Position numbers and translations under genes: made by a program. A stretch of DNA of 64,000 bases from Escherichia coli (GTDB taxonomy: Bacteria; Pseudomonadota; Gammaproteobacteria; Enterobacterales; Enterobacteriaceae), in the NCBI RefSeq assembly GCF_050320075.1, contig NZ_CP190018.1; one strand, given 5' to 3'. The notes under the pieces are model-generated. The model was given only the letters and a program-made list of their open reading frames with translations, made no database searches and had not been told where the DNA came from. Positions 41,077-52,620 of this stretch are shown in pieces (within the stretch, counting starts at the first letter, position 1; the number at the start of each line of letters is the position of its first letter).

Positions 41077-41391
41077 TATGATAGTAACTGCGGTAGTACA
41101 TTTATCCCGGAAATAACCGGAGCGATTATCAGGGTTTAACAATATTAAATACCCGTAGCGCATTACTAGCGGGCCTAAAACAACAATATGGACATCTTAA
41201 CGATACTCTGCGCCTGCGTGTGCGGAACAGAAACCCTTACCCGATATACTTGTTATGCCAGAGGTAGCAATTGCGTTAGCAGCGTACTGTTGCTGTAAAG
41301 TATAACGCCTATATTTTACAGTTCAGTCCTCTTTTGCTTATTACAACCTTAAGTATATCAAGCATATAAAGATAATAAGAGACTGAACAAT

Positions 41392-43074
41392 ATGGTTACC
41401 TGGACCCAAATGTATATGCCGATGGGAGGACTGGGGCTATCCGCTCTGGTCGCCCTGATCCCGATAATATTCTTCTTCGTTGCACTCGCGGTATTACGTC
41501 TGAAAGGACATGTCGCTGGAGCAATAACCCTTATATTATCTATCCTGATTGCAATATTCGCCTTTAAAATGCCGATTGATATGGCATTTGCTGCTGCGGG
41601 CTATGGCTTTATTTATGGTTTATGGCCTATTGCGTGGATTATTGTCGCGGCGGTATTCTTGTATAAATTAACCGTTGCCAGCGGCCAGTTCGATATTATC
41701 CGCAGCTCGGTTATCTCCATCACCGACGATCAGCGTTTGCAGGTGTTACTGATTGGTTTCTCCTTTGGCGCGTTGCTGGAAGGGGCGGCTGGCTTTGGTG
41801 CGCCGGTGGCGATTACCGGTGCGCTGCTGGTGGGCCTGGGCTTCAAACCGTTATACGCGGCGGGGCTGTGTCTGATTGCCAACACTGCGCCGGTGGCGTT
41901 TGGTGCGTTGGGCGTGCCGATTCTGGTCGCCGGTCAGGTAACGGGAATCGATCCGTTCCACATTGGCGCAATGGCGGGACGTCAGTTACCGTTCCTGTCG
42001 GTTCTTGTGCCGTTCTGGCTGGTAGCAATGATGGACGGCTGGAAAGGGGTGAAAGAGACGTGGCCAGCGGCGCTGGTTGCTGGGGGAAGCTTCGCTGTCA
42101 CTCAGTTCTTTACCTCTAACTATATTGGTCCGGAACTGCCGGATATTACTTCGGCGCTGGTGAGTATCGTCTCACTCGCTTTATTCCTTAAAGTCTGGCG
42201 GCCGAAAAATACCGAAACGGCAATCAGCATGGGACAATCCGCAGGTGCGATGGTGGTGAATAAACCATCTTCTGGCGGTCCCGTGCCTTCAGAATATAGT
42301 CTGGGGCAAATCATTCGTGCGTGGTCACCGTTTTTAATCTTAACGGTGCTGGTCACCATCTGGACCATGAAGCCGTTTAAAGCGTTATTTGCTCCGGGCG
42401 GCGCGTTTTATTCACTGGTGATTAATTTCCAGATCCCTCATTTGCATCAACAAGTGTTGAAAGCGGCACCCATTGTCGCCCAACCAACGCCAATGGATGC
42501 GGTGTTTAAATTAGACCCTCTCTCGGCTGGCGGCACCGCTATTTTTATTGCGGCGATTATCTCTATCTTCATCCTCGGCGTGGGCATCAAGAAAGGGATT
42601 GGCGTCTTTGCCGAAACGCTAATTAGTCTGAAGTGGCCGATATTGTCGATTGGCATGGTGCTGGCGTTCGCCTTCGTCACCAACTATTCCGGTATGTCCA
42701 CCACGCTGGCGCTGGTACTGGCAGGTACAGGCGTGATGTTCCCGTTTTTCTCACCGTTTCTCGGCTGGCTGGGCGTATTCCTTACCGGCTCGGACACCTC
42801 CTCTAACGCCCTGTTTGGTTCACTGCAATCGACCACGGCGCAGCAAATCAACGTCTCTGACACTCTGCTGGTGGCAGCAAATACCAGCGGCGGCGTAACT
42901 GGCAAGATGATCTCCCCGCAATCTATCGCCGTGGCCTGCGCCGCGACGGGCATGGTGGGCCGAGAATCTGAACTGTTCCGCTACACCGTGAAGCACAGTC
43001 TGATTTTTGCCAGCGTTATCGGCATTATCACGCTGTTGCAGGCGTATGTGTTTACCGGGATGTTAGTTTCGTAA
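41392..43074 (+). CDS. glcA: Glycolate/lactate permease GlcA
   Basis: 560-aa polytopic ORF matching the recalled GlcA/LldP family. Confidence 0.92.
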   Translation: MVTWTQMYMPMGGLGLSALVALIPIIFFFVALAVLRLKGHVAGAITLILSILIAIFAFKMPIDMAFAAAGYGFIYGLWPIAWIIVAAVFLYKLTVASGQFDIIRSSVISITDDQRLQVLLIGFSFGALLEGAAGFGAPVAITGALLVGLGFKPLYAAGLCLIANTAPVAFGALGVPILVAGQVTGIDPFHIGAMAGRQLPFLSVLVPFWLVAMMDGWKGVKETWPAALVAGGSFAVTQFFTSNYIGPELPDITSALVSIVSLALFLKVWRPKNTETAISMGQSAGAMVVNKPSSGGPVPSEYSLGQIIRAWSPFLILTVLVTIWTMKPFKALFAPGGAFYSLVINFQIPHLHQQVLKAAPIVAQPTPMDAVFKLDPLSAGGTAIFIAAIISIFILGVGIKKGIGVFAETLISLKWPILSIGMVLAFAFVTNYSGMSTTLALVLAGTGVMFPFFSPFLGWLGVFLTGSDTSSNALFGSLQSTTAQQINVSDTLLVAANTSGGVTGKMISPQSIAVACAATGMVGRESELFRYTVKHSLIFASVIGIITLLQAYVFTGMLVS

Positions 43075-43083
43075 GTCAATAAT

Positions 43084-43110
43084 GCCGGATGATCGTTAAT
43101 ATCATCCGGC
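43084..43110. terminator. Hairpin terminator after glcA
   Basis: Perfect 10-bp stem (gccggatgat / atcatccggc) with a 7-nt loop, followed by a moderately T-rich tract. Confidence 0.55.
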
Positions 43111-43559
43111 TACATTTACATTATTCTGTCTTATTAATTGAAAATTATTTCCCTCTTTATTATCCATGCAGCAATAATGTTTTGCGTTCAGATAACCTGC
43201 TAAATAATTAAGAACGTGAGAATATCTATTTTTTTATCACGCAAAACAAGTTTGTACTAATTATGTTCGCTTGATGAGCAAACACCGTGCTATCTGTTGC
43301 TTTTGCAATCGCAATCGTTAAAACTATCAACAACTTGGGATAGTTACATTGTGAATAATTGTTACTTTTTTGTTTGTTGAATCTTTTTATAAATACCCCG
43401 TCTGACATCGAATAGGGGTTATTCTTATAAATTTTACCTGCTTTGCTATCAATGATGCCGTTTTATTAAGAATGGAGGAAGTTATTAGAGAAGATAAAGC
43501 ATAAAACTATTTCTCCCAGTTACGAATTTTTTAACATTGTTTTGTCACTTGCGTTATTA

Positions 43560-46500
43560 ATGAATAAGAAATTTAAATATAAGAAATCGCTTTTAGCGGC
43601 TATTTTGAGCGCAACCCTGTTAGCCGGTTGTGATGGCGGTGGTTCCGGATCTTCCTCCGATACGCCGCCTGTAGATTCTGGAACAGGGTCTTTGCCGGAA
43701 GTGAAACCTGATCCAACACCAAACCCGGAGCCGACGCCTGAGCCAACGCCGGACCCAGAACCTACGCCGGAACCGACACCTGATCCTGAGCCAACACCAG
43801 AACCGGAGCCAGAACCTGTTCCTACGAAAACGGGTTATCTGACCCTGGGCGGAAGCCAGCGGATAACTGGTGCTACTTGTAATGGTGAATCCAGCGATGG
43901 CTTTACCTTTACGCCAGGCGACAAAGTCACCTGTGTGGCAGGGAACAACACGACAATTGCTACCTTCGACACCCAGTCAGAAGCTGCGCGTAGCCTGCGT
44001 GCGGTTGAAAAAGTGTCGTTTAGTCTTGAGGATGCGCAAGAACTGGTGGCTTCCGATGACAAGAAAAGCAATGCGGTTTCGCTGGTAACGTCCAGTAACA
44101 GCTGTCCGGCGAATACAGAACAGGTTTGCCTGACGTTCTCCTCTGTGATCGAGAGTAAACGTTTCGACTCACTGTATAAGCAAATCGATCTGGCACCGGA
44201 AGAGTTCAAAAAGCTGGTCAATGAAGAGGTGGAAAACAATGCTGCGACCGATAAAGCGCCATCCACTCATACCTCACCGGTTGTGCCTGTCACCACGCCG
44301 GGAACAAAACCGGATCTGAACGCTTCCTTCGTGTCGGCTAACGCGGAACAGTTTTATCAGTATCAACCTTCGGAAATCATTCTCTCCGAAGGCCGACTGG
44401 TCGATAGCCAGGGATATGGTGTTGCTGGCGTCAACTACTACACCAATTCAGGCCGTGGCGTGACAGGGGAAAATGGTGAATTTTCCTTTAGCTGGGGCGA
44501 AACCATCTCCTTTGGTATCGATACCTTTGAACTGGGCTCAGTGCGCGGCAATAAGTCGACCATTGCATTGACTGAACTGGGTGATGAAGTTCGCGGGGCG
44601 AATATTGATCAGCTTATTCATCGCTATTCGACGACCGGGCAAAATAATACCCGTGTTGTTCCGGACGATGTACGCAAGGTCTTTGCCGAATATCCCAACG
44701 TGATCAACGAGATTATCAATCTCTCGTTATCCAACGGTGCGACGCTGGATGAAGGTGAGCAAGTTGTTAATCTGCCAAACGAATTTATTGAGCAGTTTAA
44801 GACGGGTCAAGCCAAAGAGATCGATACCGCAATCTGTGCGAAAACTGGCGGTTGCAACCAGGCACGCTGGTTCTCGCTGACGACGCGCAATGTTAATGAC
44901 GGCCAGATTCAGGGCGTTATCAACAAGCTGTGGGGCGTGGATACAAGTTACAAATCTGTCAGCAAGTTCCATGTATTCCATGACTCCACCAACTTCTATG
45001 GCAGCACCGGTAATGCGCGCGGTCAGGCGGTGGTGAATATCTCTAACGCGGCCTTCCCGATTCTGATGGCGCGTAATGATAAAAACTACTGGCTGGCCTT
45101 CGGCGAGAAACGCGCCTGGGATAAAAACGAGCTGGCGTACATTACGGAAGCGCCTTCTCTTGTTGAGCCGGAAAACGTTACGCGCGATACCGCCACCTTT
45201 AACCTGCCGTTTATTTCGCTGGGGCAAGTCGGTGAGGGCAAACTGATGGTTATCGGTAACCCGCACTACAACAGCATTTTGCGTTGTCCGAACGGTTACA
45301 GCTGGAACGGGGGCGTTAATAAAGACGGGCAGTGTACGCTCAGCGGTGATTCAGATGACATGAAGCACTTCATGCAGAACGTACTGCGCTATCTGTCCGA
45401 CGATAAATGGACTCCGGACGCGAAAGCCAGCATGACCGTAGGCACCAACCTGGATACTGTCTATTTCAAACGTCATGGTCAGGTTACAGGAAATAGCGCT
45501 GAGTTCGGCTTTCATCCGGATTTTGCGGGTATCTCTGTTGAGCATTTAAGTAGCTATGGCGATCTCGACCCGCAGGAAATGCCGCTGCTGATCCTCAACG
45601 GCTTTGAGTATGTGACTCAGGTTGGTAACGATCCTTATGCAATCCCGCTGCGAGCAGATACCAGCAAACCGAAGCTGACTCAGCAGGATGTGACCGATCT
45701 GATCGCCTATCTGAACAAAGGTGGATCGGTGCTGATCATGGAAAACGTGATGAGCAATCTTAAGGAAGAGAGCGCGTCTGGCTTTGTACGTCTGCTTGAT
45801 GCCGCAGGTCTGTCGATGGCACTGAACAAGTCGGTAGTAAATAACGATCCGCAAGGGTATCCGAACCGCGTTCGTCAGCAGCGCGCAACGGGCATTTGGG
45901 TCTATGAACGTTATCCTGCCGTAGATGGTGCGCTGCCGTACACCATCGATAGTAAGACAGGGGAAGTTAAGTGGAAATATCAGGTAGAAAACAAACCTGA
46001 TGACAAACCGAAGCTGGAAGTTGCCAGCTGGCTGGAAGATGTAGATGGCAAACAGGAAACGCGTTATGCCTTTATTGATGAGGCCGATCATAAAACAGAG
46101 GATTCTCTGAAGGCTGCGAAGGCAAAAATCTTTGAGAAGTTTCCTGGATTAAAGGAGTGTAAGGACCCAACTTACCACTACGAGGTCAACTGTCTGGAAT
46201 ATCGTCCTGGCACGGGGGTTCCGGTTACTGGTGGCATGTATGTTCCACAGTATACGCAACTAAGCCTTAACGCCGACACGGCAAAAGCGATGGTGCAGGC
46301 TGCGGATTTAGGCACCAACATTCAGCGTCTGTATCAGCATGAGCTCTACTTCCGGACCAATGGTCGCAAAGGTGAGCGTCTGAGCAGCGTCGATCTGGAA
46401 CGTCTGTACCAGAACATGTCGGTCTGGCTGTGGAATAAAATTGAATATCGCTATGAAAACGACAAGGATGACGAGCTGGGCTTTAAAACGTTCACTGAGT

Positions 46501-48128
46501 TCCTGAATTGCTACGCCAACAATGCCTATAGCGAAGGCACGCAGTGTTCTGCAGATCTGAAAAAATCGCTTGTCGATAACAACATGATCTACGGTGACGG
46601 TAGCAGCAAAGCAGGCATGATGAACCCGAGCTATCCGCTCAACTATATGGAAAAACCGCTGACGCGCCTGATGCTGGGTCGTTCCTGGTGGGATCTGAAC
46701 ATCAAAGTTGATGTCGAGAAGTATCCGGGAGCGGTATCGGCAGAAGGTGAGAAGGTTACTGAAACCATCAGCCTGTACTCGAATCCGACCAAATGGTTTG
46801 CGGGTAACATGCAGTCTACTGGCCTGTGGGCTCCGGCTCAGAAAGAGGTCACCATTGAGTCTACTGCATCAGTTCCTGTGACTGTCACCGTGGCGCTGGC
46901 CGACGATCTGACCGGACGCGAGAAGCATGAAGTCGCGCTGAACCGTCCGCCAAAAGTGACGAAAACCTATGATCTGAAAGCCAATGATAAGGTGACCTTC
47001 AAGGTGCCTTACGGTGGTCTGATTTATATCAAGGGCAACAGCCCAAAGAATGAGTCAGCCGAATTCACCTTTACTGGTGTGGTAAAAGCGCCGTTCTATA
47101 AAGACGGCGAATGGAAAAACGCTCTGAACTCCCCTGCGCCGTTGGGTGAGCTGGAGTCAGATTCTTTCGTCTACACTGCACCGAAGAACAACCTGAACGC
47201 CAGCAATTACAAGGATAAGGGTGGCCTGAAACAATTCGCTAAAGATCTGGATACCTTTGCCAGCTCGATGAATGATTTCTACGGTCGTAATGATGAAGAC
47301 GGTAAGCACCGGATGTTTACCTATAAAAACTTGACGGGGCACAAGCATCGTTTCACCAACGATGTGCAGATCTCCATCGGTGATGCGCACTCTGGTTATC
47401 CGGTAATGAACAGCAGCTTCTCGACGAACAGCACCACGCTGCCGACGACGCCGCTGAACGACTGGCTGATCTGGCACGAAGTTGGTCACAACGCCGCCGA
47501 AACGCCGCTGACTGTTCCTGGCGCAACTGAAGTAGCGAACAACGTGCTGGCGCTGTACATGCAGGATCGCTATCTCGGCAAGATGAACCGTGTCGCTGAC
47601 GACATTACCGTCGCGCCGGAATATCTGGAGGAGAGCAACGGTCAGGCATGGGCGCGCGGCGGTGCGGGGGACCGTCTGCTGATGTACGCACAGCTGAAAG
47701 AGTGGGCAGAGAAAAACTTTGATATCAAGACGTGGTATCCAGATGGCAATCTGCCAGAGTTCTACAGCGAGCGTGAAGGGATGAAAGGCTGGAACCTGTT
47801 CCAGTTGATGCACCGTAAAGCGCGCGGCGATGAGGTTGGCAATAACAAGTTCGGCAGTAAGAACTACTGTGCTGAATCTAACGGTAACGCTGCCGACACG
47901 CTGATGCTGTGTGCCTCCTGGGTCGCCCAGACGGATCTTTCGGAGTTCTTTAAGAAATGGAATCCGGGCGCGAATGCTTACCAGTTGCCGGGAGCGACGG
48001 AGATGAGCTTCGAAGGCGGTGTGAGCCAGTCGGCTTACAACACGCTCGCGTCACTCGATCTGCCGAAACCGAAGCAAGGGCCGGAAACCATTAATAAGGT
48101 TACCGAATATTCGATGCCTGCTGAATAA
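43560..48128 (+). CDS. sslE: SslE/YghJ surface lipoprotein, M60-like zinc metalloprotease (mucinase), substrate of the adjacent type II secretion system
   Basis: Track ORF 43542..48128 (TTG start) trimmed to the ATG at 43560 (MNKKFKYKKSLLAAILSATLLAGC). LAGC lipobox, a Pro/Glu/Thr-rich linker, and an HEVGH zinc-binding motif (LIWHEVGHNAAE). Confidence 0.9.
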   Translation: MNKKFKYKKSLLAAILSATLLAGCDGGGSGSSSDTPPVDSGTGSLPEVKPDPTPNPEPTPEPTPDPEPTPEPTPDPEPTPEPEPEPVPTKTGYLTLGGSQRITGATCNGESSDGFTFTPGDKVTCVAGNNTTIATFDTQSEAARSLRAVEKVSFSLEDAQELVASDDKKSNAVSLVTSSNSCPANTEQVCLTFSSVIESKRFDSLYKQIDLAPEEFKKLVNEEVENNAATDKAPSTHTSPVVPVTTPGTKPDLNASFVSANAEQFYQYQPSEIILSEGRLVDSQGYGVAGVNYYTNSGRGVTGENGEFSFSWGETISFGIDTFELGSVRGNKSTIALTELGDEVRGANIDQLIHRYSTTGQNNTRVVPDDVRKVFAEYPNVINEIINLSLSNGATLDEGEQVVNLPNEFIEQFKTGQAKEIDTAICAKTGGCNQARWFSLTTRNVNDGQIQGVINKLWGVDTSYKSVSKFHVFHDSTNFYGSTGNARGQAVVNISNAAFPILMARNDKNYWLAFGEKRAWDKNELAYITEAPSLVEPENVTRDTATFNLPFISLGQVGEGKLMVIGNPHYNSILRCPNGYSWNGGVNKDGQCTLSGDSDDMKHFMQNVLRYLSDDKWTPDAKASMTVGTNLDTVYFKRHGQVTGNSAEFGFHPDFAGISVEHLSSYGDLDPQEMPLLILNGFEYVTQVGNDPYAIPLRADTSKPKLTQQDVTDLIAYLNKGGSVLIMENVMSNLKEESASGFVRLLDAAGLSMALNKSVVNNDPQGYPNRVRQQRATGIWVYERYPAVDGALPYTIDSKTGEVKWKYQVENKPDDKPKLEVASWLEDVDGKQETRYAFIDEADHKTEDSLKAAKAKIFEKFPGLKECKDPTYHYEVNCLEYRPGTGVPVTGGMYVPQYTQLSLNADTAKAMVQAADLGTNIQRLYQHELYFRTNGRKGERLSSVDLERLYQNMSVWLWNKIEYRYENDKDDELGFKTFTEFLNCYANNAYSEGTQCSADLKKSLVDNNMIYGDGSSKAGMMNPSYPLNYMEKPLTRLMLGRSWWDLNIKVDVEKYPGAVSAEGEKVTETISLYSNPTKWFAGNMQSTGLWAPAQKEVTIESTASVPVTVTVALADDLTGREKHEVALNRPPKVTKTYDLKANDKVTFKVPYGGLIYIKGNSPKNESAEFTFTGVVKAPFYKDGEWKNALNSPAPLGELESDSFVYTAPKNNLNASNYKDKGGLKQFAKDLDTFASSMNDFYGRNDEDGKHRMFTYKNLTGHKHRFTNDVQISIGDAHSGYPVMNSSFSTNSTTLPTTPLNDWLIWHEVGHNAAETPLTVPGATEVANNVLALYMQDRYLGKMNRVADDITVAPEYLEESNGQAWARGGAGDRLLMYAQLKEWAEKNFDIKTWYPDGNLPEFYSEREGMKGWNLFQLMHRKARGDEVGNNKFGSKNYCAESNGNAADTLMLCASWVAQTDLSEFFKKWNPGANAYQLPGATEMSFEGGVSQSAYNTLASLDLPKPKQGPETINKVTEYSMPAE
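43705..43825 (+). repeat. In-frame tandem repeat encoding the (P-E-P-T-P-D)n low-complexity linker of SslE
   Basis: Reiterated ccggagccgacgcct / ccagaacctacgccg-type units; protein reads PDPTPNPEPTPEPTPDPEPTPEPTPDPEPTPEPEPEPVPT. Confidence 0.8.
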
Positions 48129-48267
48129 CCCGGATAAGGCGTTCGCGCCGCATCCGGCATGAAATAAGGCGCATCGGGTTGCGCCAGCTTATCGGGCCTG
48201 GAGGAAAGCCGTATGGCATACACCTGCAGGCCCGCATCCGGCAAGTTACAATAAATAACCTTTAACC

Positions 48268-49077
48268 ATGTTTTTTGATGTTTTTCAGCAATACCCCGCG
48301 GCGATGCCCGTCCTGGCTACCGTCGGAGGATTGATTATCGGCAGTTTTTTGAATGTGGTGATTTGGCGTTACCCCATCATGCTGCGCCAACAAATGGCGG
48401 AGTTTCACGGTGAAATGCCGAGTACGCAGTCAAAAATAAGCCTGGCGCTGCCACGCTCGCACTGTCCGCATTGCCAGCAGACTATCCGCGTTCGTGACAA
48501 TATTCCGCTGCTCTCCTGGTTGATGCTCAAAGGGCGCTGCCGTGATTGTCAGGCGAAAATCAGCAAGCGTTATCCGCTGGTCGAGTTATTGACAGCACTC
48601 GCTTTTTTGCTGGCGAGTCTGGTCTGGCCGGAAAGTGGATGGGCGCTGGCGGTGATGATATTATCCGCCTGGCTGATTGCTGCGAGCGTCATCGACCTCG
48701 ACAACCAATGGCTGCCCGATGTTTTTACTCAGGGCGTATTGTGGACCGGGCTGATTGCGGCATGGGCGCAACAGAGTCCGTTAACACTACAAGATGCAGT
48801 TACCGGCGTCCTGGTGGGGTTTATCACTTTTTACTCTCTGCGCTGGATAGCCGGAATAGTTCTGCGTAAAGAAGCATTAGGCATGGGCGATGTATTATTG
48901 TTCGCTGCGTTAGGTAGTTGGGTGGGGGCGTTATCACTGCCCAACGTTGCTTTAATCGCCTCATGCTGCGGCCTGATATATGCCGTTATTACAAAAAGAG
49001 GATCAACCACACTGCCTTTTGGACCGTGTTTAAGTCTGGGCGGTATAGCAACACTTTATCTACAGGCATTGTTTTAA
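48268..49077 (+). CDS. pppA: Prepilin (type 4 leader) peptidase PppA
   Basis: 269 aa with two CxxC pairs (CPHC...CRDC) and a polytopic membrane domain. Confidence 0.88.
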   Translation: MFFDVFQQYPAAMPVLATVGGLIIGSFLNVVIWRYPIMLRQQMAEFHGEMPSTQSKISLALPRSHCPHCQQTIRVRDNIPLLSWLMLKGRCRDCQAKISKRYPLVELLTALAFLLASLVWPESGWALAVMILSAWLIAASVIDLDNQWLPDVFTQGVLWTGLIAAWAQQSPLTLQDAVTGVLVGFITFYSLRWIAGIVLRKEALGMGDVLLFAALGSWVGALSLPNVALIASCCGLIYAVITKRGSTTLPFGPCLSLGGIATLYLQALF

Positions 49078-49142
49078 TGATAACCACGTCATTATCGAAG
49101 TGACATTTTTACTCTTATTAATAACCTTAGAGATTATTTACC

Positions 49143-49553
49143 ATGTCGATAAAACAAATGCCAGGGAGGGTATTAATATCGCTATTGTTGAGCGTTACAG
49201 GATTATTAAGTGGCTGTGCCAGTCATAATGAAAATGCCAGTTTACTGGCGAAAAAACAGGCGCAAAATATCAGCCAAAACCTGCCGATTAAATCTGCGGG
49301 ATATACCTTAGTGCTGGCGCAAAGTAGCGGCACGACGGTAAAAATGACCATTATCAGCGAAGCGGGTGCTCAGACCACGCAGACGCCTGATGCCTTTTTA
49401 ACCAGCTATCAACGACAAATGTGCGCTGACCCGACGGTGAAATTAATGATTACCGAGGGAATTAATTACAGCATAACGATTAATGATACACGTACAGGTA
49501 ACCAGTATCAGCGGAAACTGGATCGTACCACCTGTGGAATAGTCAAAGCATAA
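49143..49553 (+). CDS. yghG: Type II secretion pilotin lipoprotein YghG (GspS-type)
   Basis: 136 aa with a signal peptide and LSGC lipobox (LLSGCAS); conserved position before gspC. Confidence 0.8.
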   Translation: MSIKQMPGRVLISLLLSVTGLLSGCASHNENASLLAKKQAQNISQNLPIKSAGYTLVLAQSSGTTVKMTIISEAGAQTTQTPDAFLTSYQRQMCADPTVKLMITEGINYSITINDTRTGNQYQRKLDRTTCGIVKA

Positions 49554-49570
49554 CGTCGGGTAGATATAAA

Positions 49571-50530
49571 TTGGCGCGGGTTGTTTTTCGTGACGCACGA
49601 ATTTATCTCATTCAATGGCTGACAAAAATTCGTCACACTCTTAACCAGAGACAATCTCTTAATACAGACAAAGAGCATCTGCGAAAAATTGTACGCGCGA
49701 TGTTCTGGCTGATGCTGCTTATTATTTCTGCAAAAGTGGCGCATTCACTCTGGCGCTATTTCTCCTTTTCTGCGGAATATACGGCGGTTTCCCCATCGGC
49801 GAATAAACCGCCCCGTGCAGATGCAAAAACGTTCGATAAAAATGACGTGCAATTAATCAGCCAGCAAAACTGGTTTGGCAAATATCAGCCTGTCGCCGTG
49901 CCGGTAAAACAACCTGAACCTGCGCCTGTGGCAGAAACACGTCTTAATGTGGTGCTGCGCGGGATCGCCTTTGGTACCAGACCTGGCGCGGTTATTGAAG
50001 AAGGCGGCAAACAGCAGGTCTATTTGCAGGGGGAACGGCTTGGTTCTCACAACGCGGTGATTGAGGAAATCAACCGCGACCATGTGATGCTGCGCTATCA
50101 GGGAAAAATAGAGCGCCTGAGCCTGGCAGAAGAGGAGCGTTCCACCGTAGCCGTGACCAACAAAAAAGCCATCAGTGACGAAGCAAAGCAAGCTGTTGCT
50201 GAGCCTGCTGCCAGTGCGCCAGTTGAGATCCCGACTGCTGTGCGTCAGGCACTGGCGAAAGATCCGCAGAAAATTTTTAACTATATCCAGCTTACGCCTG
50301 TGCGTAAGGAGGGGATTGTCGGTTATGCAGTGAAGCCGGGGGCAGATCGTTCTCTGTTCGATGCCAGCGGTTTCAAGGAAGGCGATATCGCCATTGCGTT
50401 AAATCAGCAGGATTTCACTGATCCACGAGCAATGATTGCTCTGATGCGGCAGTTACCTTCAATGGATTCCATTCAACTTACGGTTTTACGCAAGGGTGCG
50501 CGCCACGACATTTCCATCGCGCTGCGCTAA
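49571..50530 (+). CDS. gspC: Type II secretion system protein GspC
   Basis: Track ORF with a TTG start; the true start is uncertain (possibly the ATG near 49700). One TM segment then a periplasmic domain. Confidence 0.75.
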   Translation: MARVVFRDARIYLIQWLTKIRHTLNQRQSLNTDKEHLRKIVRAMFWLMLLIISAKVAHSLWRYFSFSAEYTAVSPSANKPPRADAKTFDKNDVQLISQQNWFGKYQPVAVPVKQPEPAPVAETRLNVVLRGIAFGTRPGAVIEEGGKQQVYLQGERLGSHNAVIEEINRDHVMLRYQGKIERLSLAEEERSTVAVTNKKAISDEAKQAVAEPAASAPVEIPTAVRQALAKDPQKIFNYIQLTPVRKEGIVGYAVKPGADRSLFDASGFKEGDIAIALNQQDFTDPRAMIALMRQLPSMDSIQLTVLRKGARHDISIALR

Positions 50531-50559
50531 CCGCATTTAATCCAGGAGAATCATTCATC

Positions 50560-52620
50560 GTGTTTTGGCGTGATATTACGTTGTCGGTCTGGCGTAAGAA
50601 GACAACTGGCCTCAAAACAAAAAAGCGTTTACTGCCGCTGGTGCTGGCAGCGGCATTATGCAGTTCACCGGTCTGGGCGGAAGAAGCCACTTTCACCGCT
50701 AATTTTAAAGATACCGACCTGAAATCGTTCATCGAAACCGTCGGCGCTAACCTTAATAAAACCATCATTATGGGGCCGGGCGTACAGGGGAAAGTGAGTA
50801 TTCGTACCATGACTCCGCTCAATGAACGCCAGTATTACCAGCTATTCCTTAACCTGCTGGAAGCACAGGGGTATGCCGTCGTACCGATGGAAAACGACGT
50901 GCTGAAGGTGGTGAAATCCAGCGCCGCGAAAGTCGAGCCACTGCCGTTGGTCGGTGAAGGCAGCGACAACTACGCGGGCGATGAAATGGTCACCAAAGTA
51001 GTGCCGGTACGTAATGTGTCGGTCCGCGAACTGGCACCGATTTTGCGCCAGATGATCGACAGCGCAGGCTCAGGCAACGTTGTTAATTACGATCCCTCCA
51101 ACGTAATTATGCTCACCGGACGCGCCTCCGTCGTGGAGCGGTTGACAGAAGTGATCCAGCGCGTGGATCACGCGGGTAATCGCACTGAAGAGGTGATCCC
51201 GCTGGATAACGCCTCGGCTTCGGAAATCGCCCGCGTGCTGGAAAGCCTGACCAAAAACAGCGGCGAGAACCAGCCAGCAACGCTGAAATCTCAAATTGTC
51301 GCCGATGAACGCACCAACAGTGTGATTGTCAGTGGTGACCCCGCCACGCGGGACAAAATGCGCCGTCTGATCCGTCGCCTGGACTCAGAAATGGAGCGCA
51401 GCGGCAACAGCCAGGTTTTCTATCTCAAATACAGCAAAGCCGAAGATCTGGTCGATGTACTGAAGCAGGTCAGCGGCACGCTCACGGCGGCTAAAGAAGA
51501 GGCGGAAGGCACGGTCGGTAGCGGGCGTGAGGTTGTCTCCATCGCCGCCAGCAAACACAGTAATGCCCTGATTGTTACCGCGCCGCAGGACATCATGCAG
51601 TCGCTGCAAAGCGTGATTGAACAACTGGATATTCGCCGTGCTCAGGTGCATGTCGAGGCGTTGATCGTGGAAGTTGCTGAAGGCAGCAATATCAACTTCG
51701 GCGTGCAGTGGGCGTCGAAAGATGCCGGATTAATGCAGTTTGCTAACGGTACGCAGATCCCTATCGGTACGCTGGGCGCAGCGATTTCTCAGGCGAAACC
51801 GCAGAAAGGCTCGACGGTGATCAGTGAAAACGGCGCTACCACCATTAATCCGGATACCAACGGCGATCTCTCCACGCTCGCCCAGCTTCTTTCCGGCTTC
51901 AGTGGTACGGCGGTTGGCGTGGTGAAAGGCGACTGGATGGCACTGGTACAGGCGGTCAAAAACGACTCCAGCTCGAACGTGCTCTCCACGCCGAGCATCA
52001 CCACGCTGGACAACCAGGAAGCCTTCTTCATGGTGGGCCAGGACGTTCCGGTATTAACCGGCTCTACCGTTGGCTCCAATAACAGCAATCCTTTCAATAC
52101 AGTAGAAAGGAAAAAAGTCGGCATCATGCTGAAGGTCACGCCGCAGATTAACGAAGGTAACGCGGTACAGATGGTGATTGAGCAGGAAGTGTCGAAGGTG
52201 GAAGGACAGACCAGCCTCGATGTGGTGTTTGGCGAGCGCAAACTGAAGACTACCGTGCTGGCTAACGATGGTGAGTTGATTGTGCTTGGCGGTCTGATGG
52301 ACGACCAGGCGGGAGAAAGCGTGGCGAAAGTGCCGTTGTTGGGCGATATCCCGTTGATTGGCAACCTGTTTAAGTCCACGGCAGATAAAAAAGAAAAACG
52401 TAACCTGATGGTGTTTATCCGTCCGACCATTCTGCGTGACGGTATGGCGGCAGACGGCGTGTCGCAGCGCAAATATAACTATATGCGCGCCGAGCAGATC
52501 TATCGCGATGAGCAAGGCTTAAGCCTGATGCCGAACACTGCGCAGCCGGTACTACCAGCGCAAGACCAAGCCTTACCGCCGGAAGTTCGCGCGTTCCTTA
52601 ATGCCGGGAGAACGCGTTAA
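50560..52620 (+). CDS. gspD: Type II secretion system secretin GspD
   Basis: 686 aa with a signal peptide and the secretin C-terminal domain pattern ([15 protein letters not shown]). Confidence 0.9.
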   Translation: MFWRDITLSVWRKKTTGLKTKKRLLPLVLAAALCSSPVWAEEATFTANFKDTDLKSFIETVGANLNKTIIMGPGVQGKVSIRTMTPLNERQYYQLFLNLLEAQGYAVVPMENDVLKVVKSSAAKVEPLPLVGEGSDNYAGDEMVTKVVPVRNVSVRELAPILRQMIDSAGSGNVVNYDPSNVIMLTGRASVVERLTEVIQRVDHAGNRTEEVIPLDNASASEIARVLESLTKNSGENQPATLKSQIVADERTNSVIVSGDPATRDKMRRLIRRLDSEMERSGNSQVFYLKYSKAEDLVDVLKQVSGTLTAAKEEAEGTVGSGREVVSIAASKHSNALIVTAPQDIMQSLQSVIEQLDIRRAQVHVEALIVEVAEGSNINFGVQWASKDAGLMQFANGTQIPIGTLGAAISQAKPQKGSTVISENGATTINPDTNGDLSTLAQLLSGFSGTAVGVVKGDWMALVQAVKNDSSSNVLSTPSITTLDNQEAFFMVGQDVPVLTGSTVGSNNSNPFNTVERKKVGIMLKVTPQINEGNAVQMVIEQEVSKVEGQTSLDVVFGERKLKTTVLANDGELIVLGGLMDDQAGESVAKVPLLGDIPLIGNLFKSTADKKEKRNLMVFIRPTILRDGMAADGVSQRKYNYMRAEQIYRDEQGLSLMPNTAQPVLPAQDQALPPEVRAFLNAGRTR

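Noticed and set aside
44727-47813. Several minus-strand ORFs of 179-218 aa inside sslE
   Set aside because: Antisense to the continuous 1,520-aa SslE reading frame.
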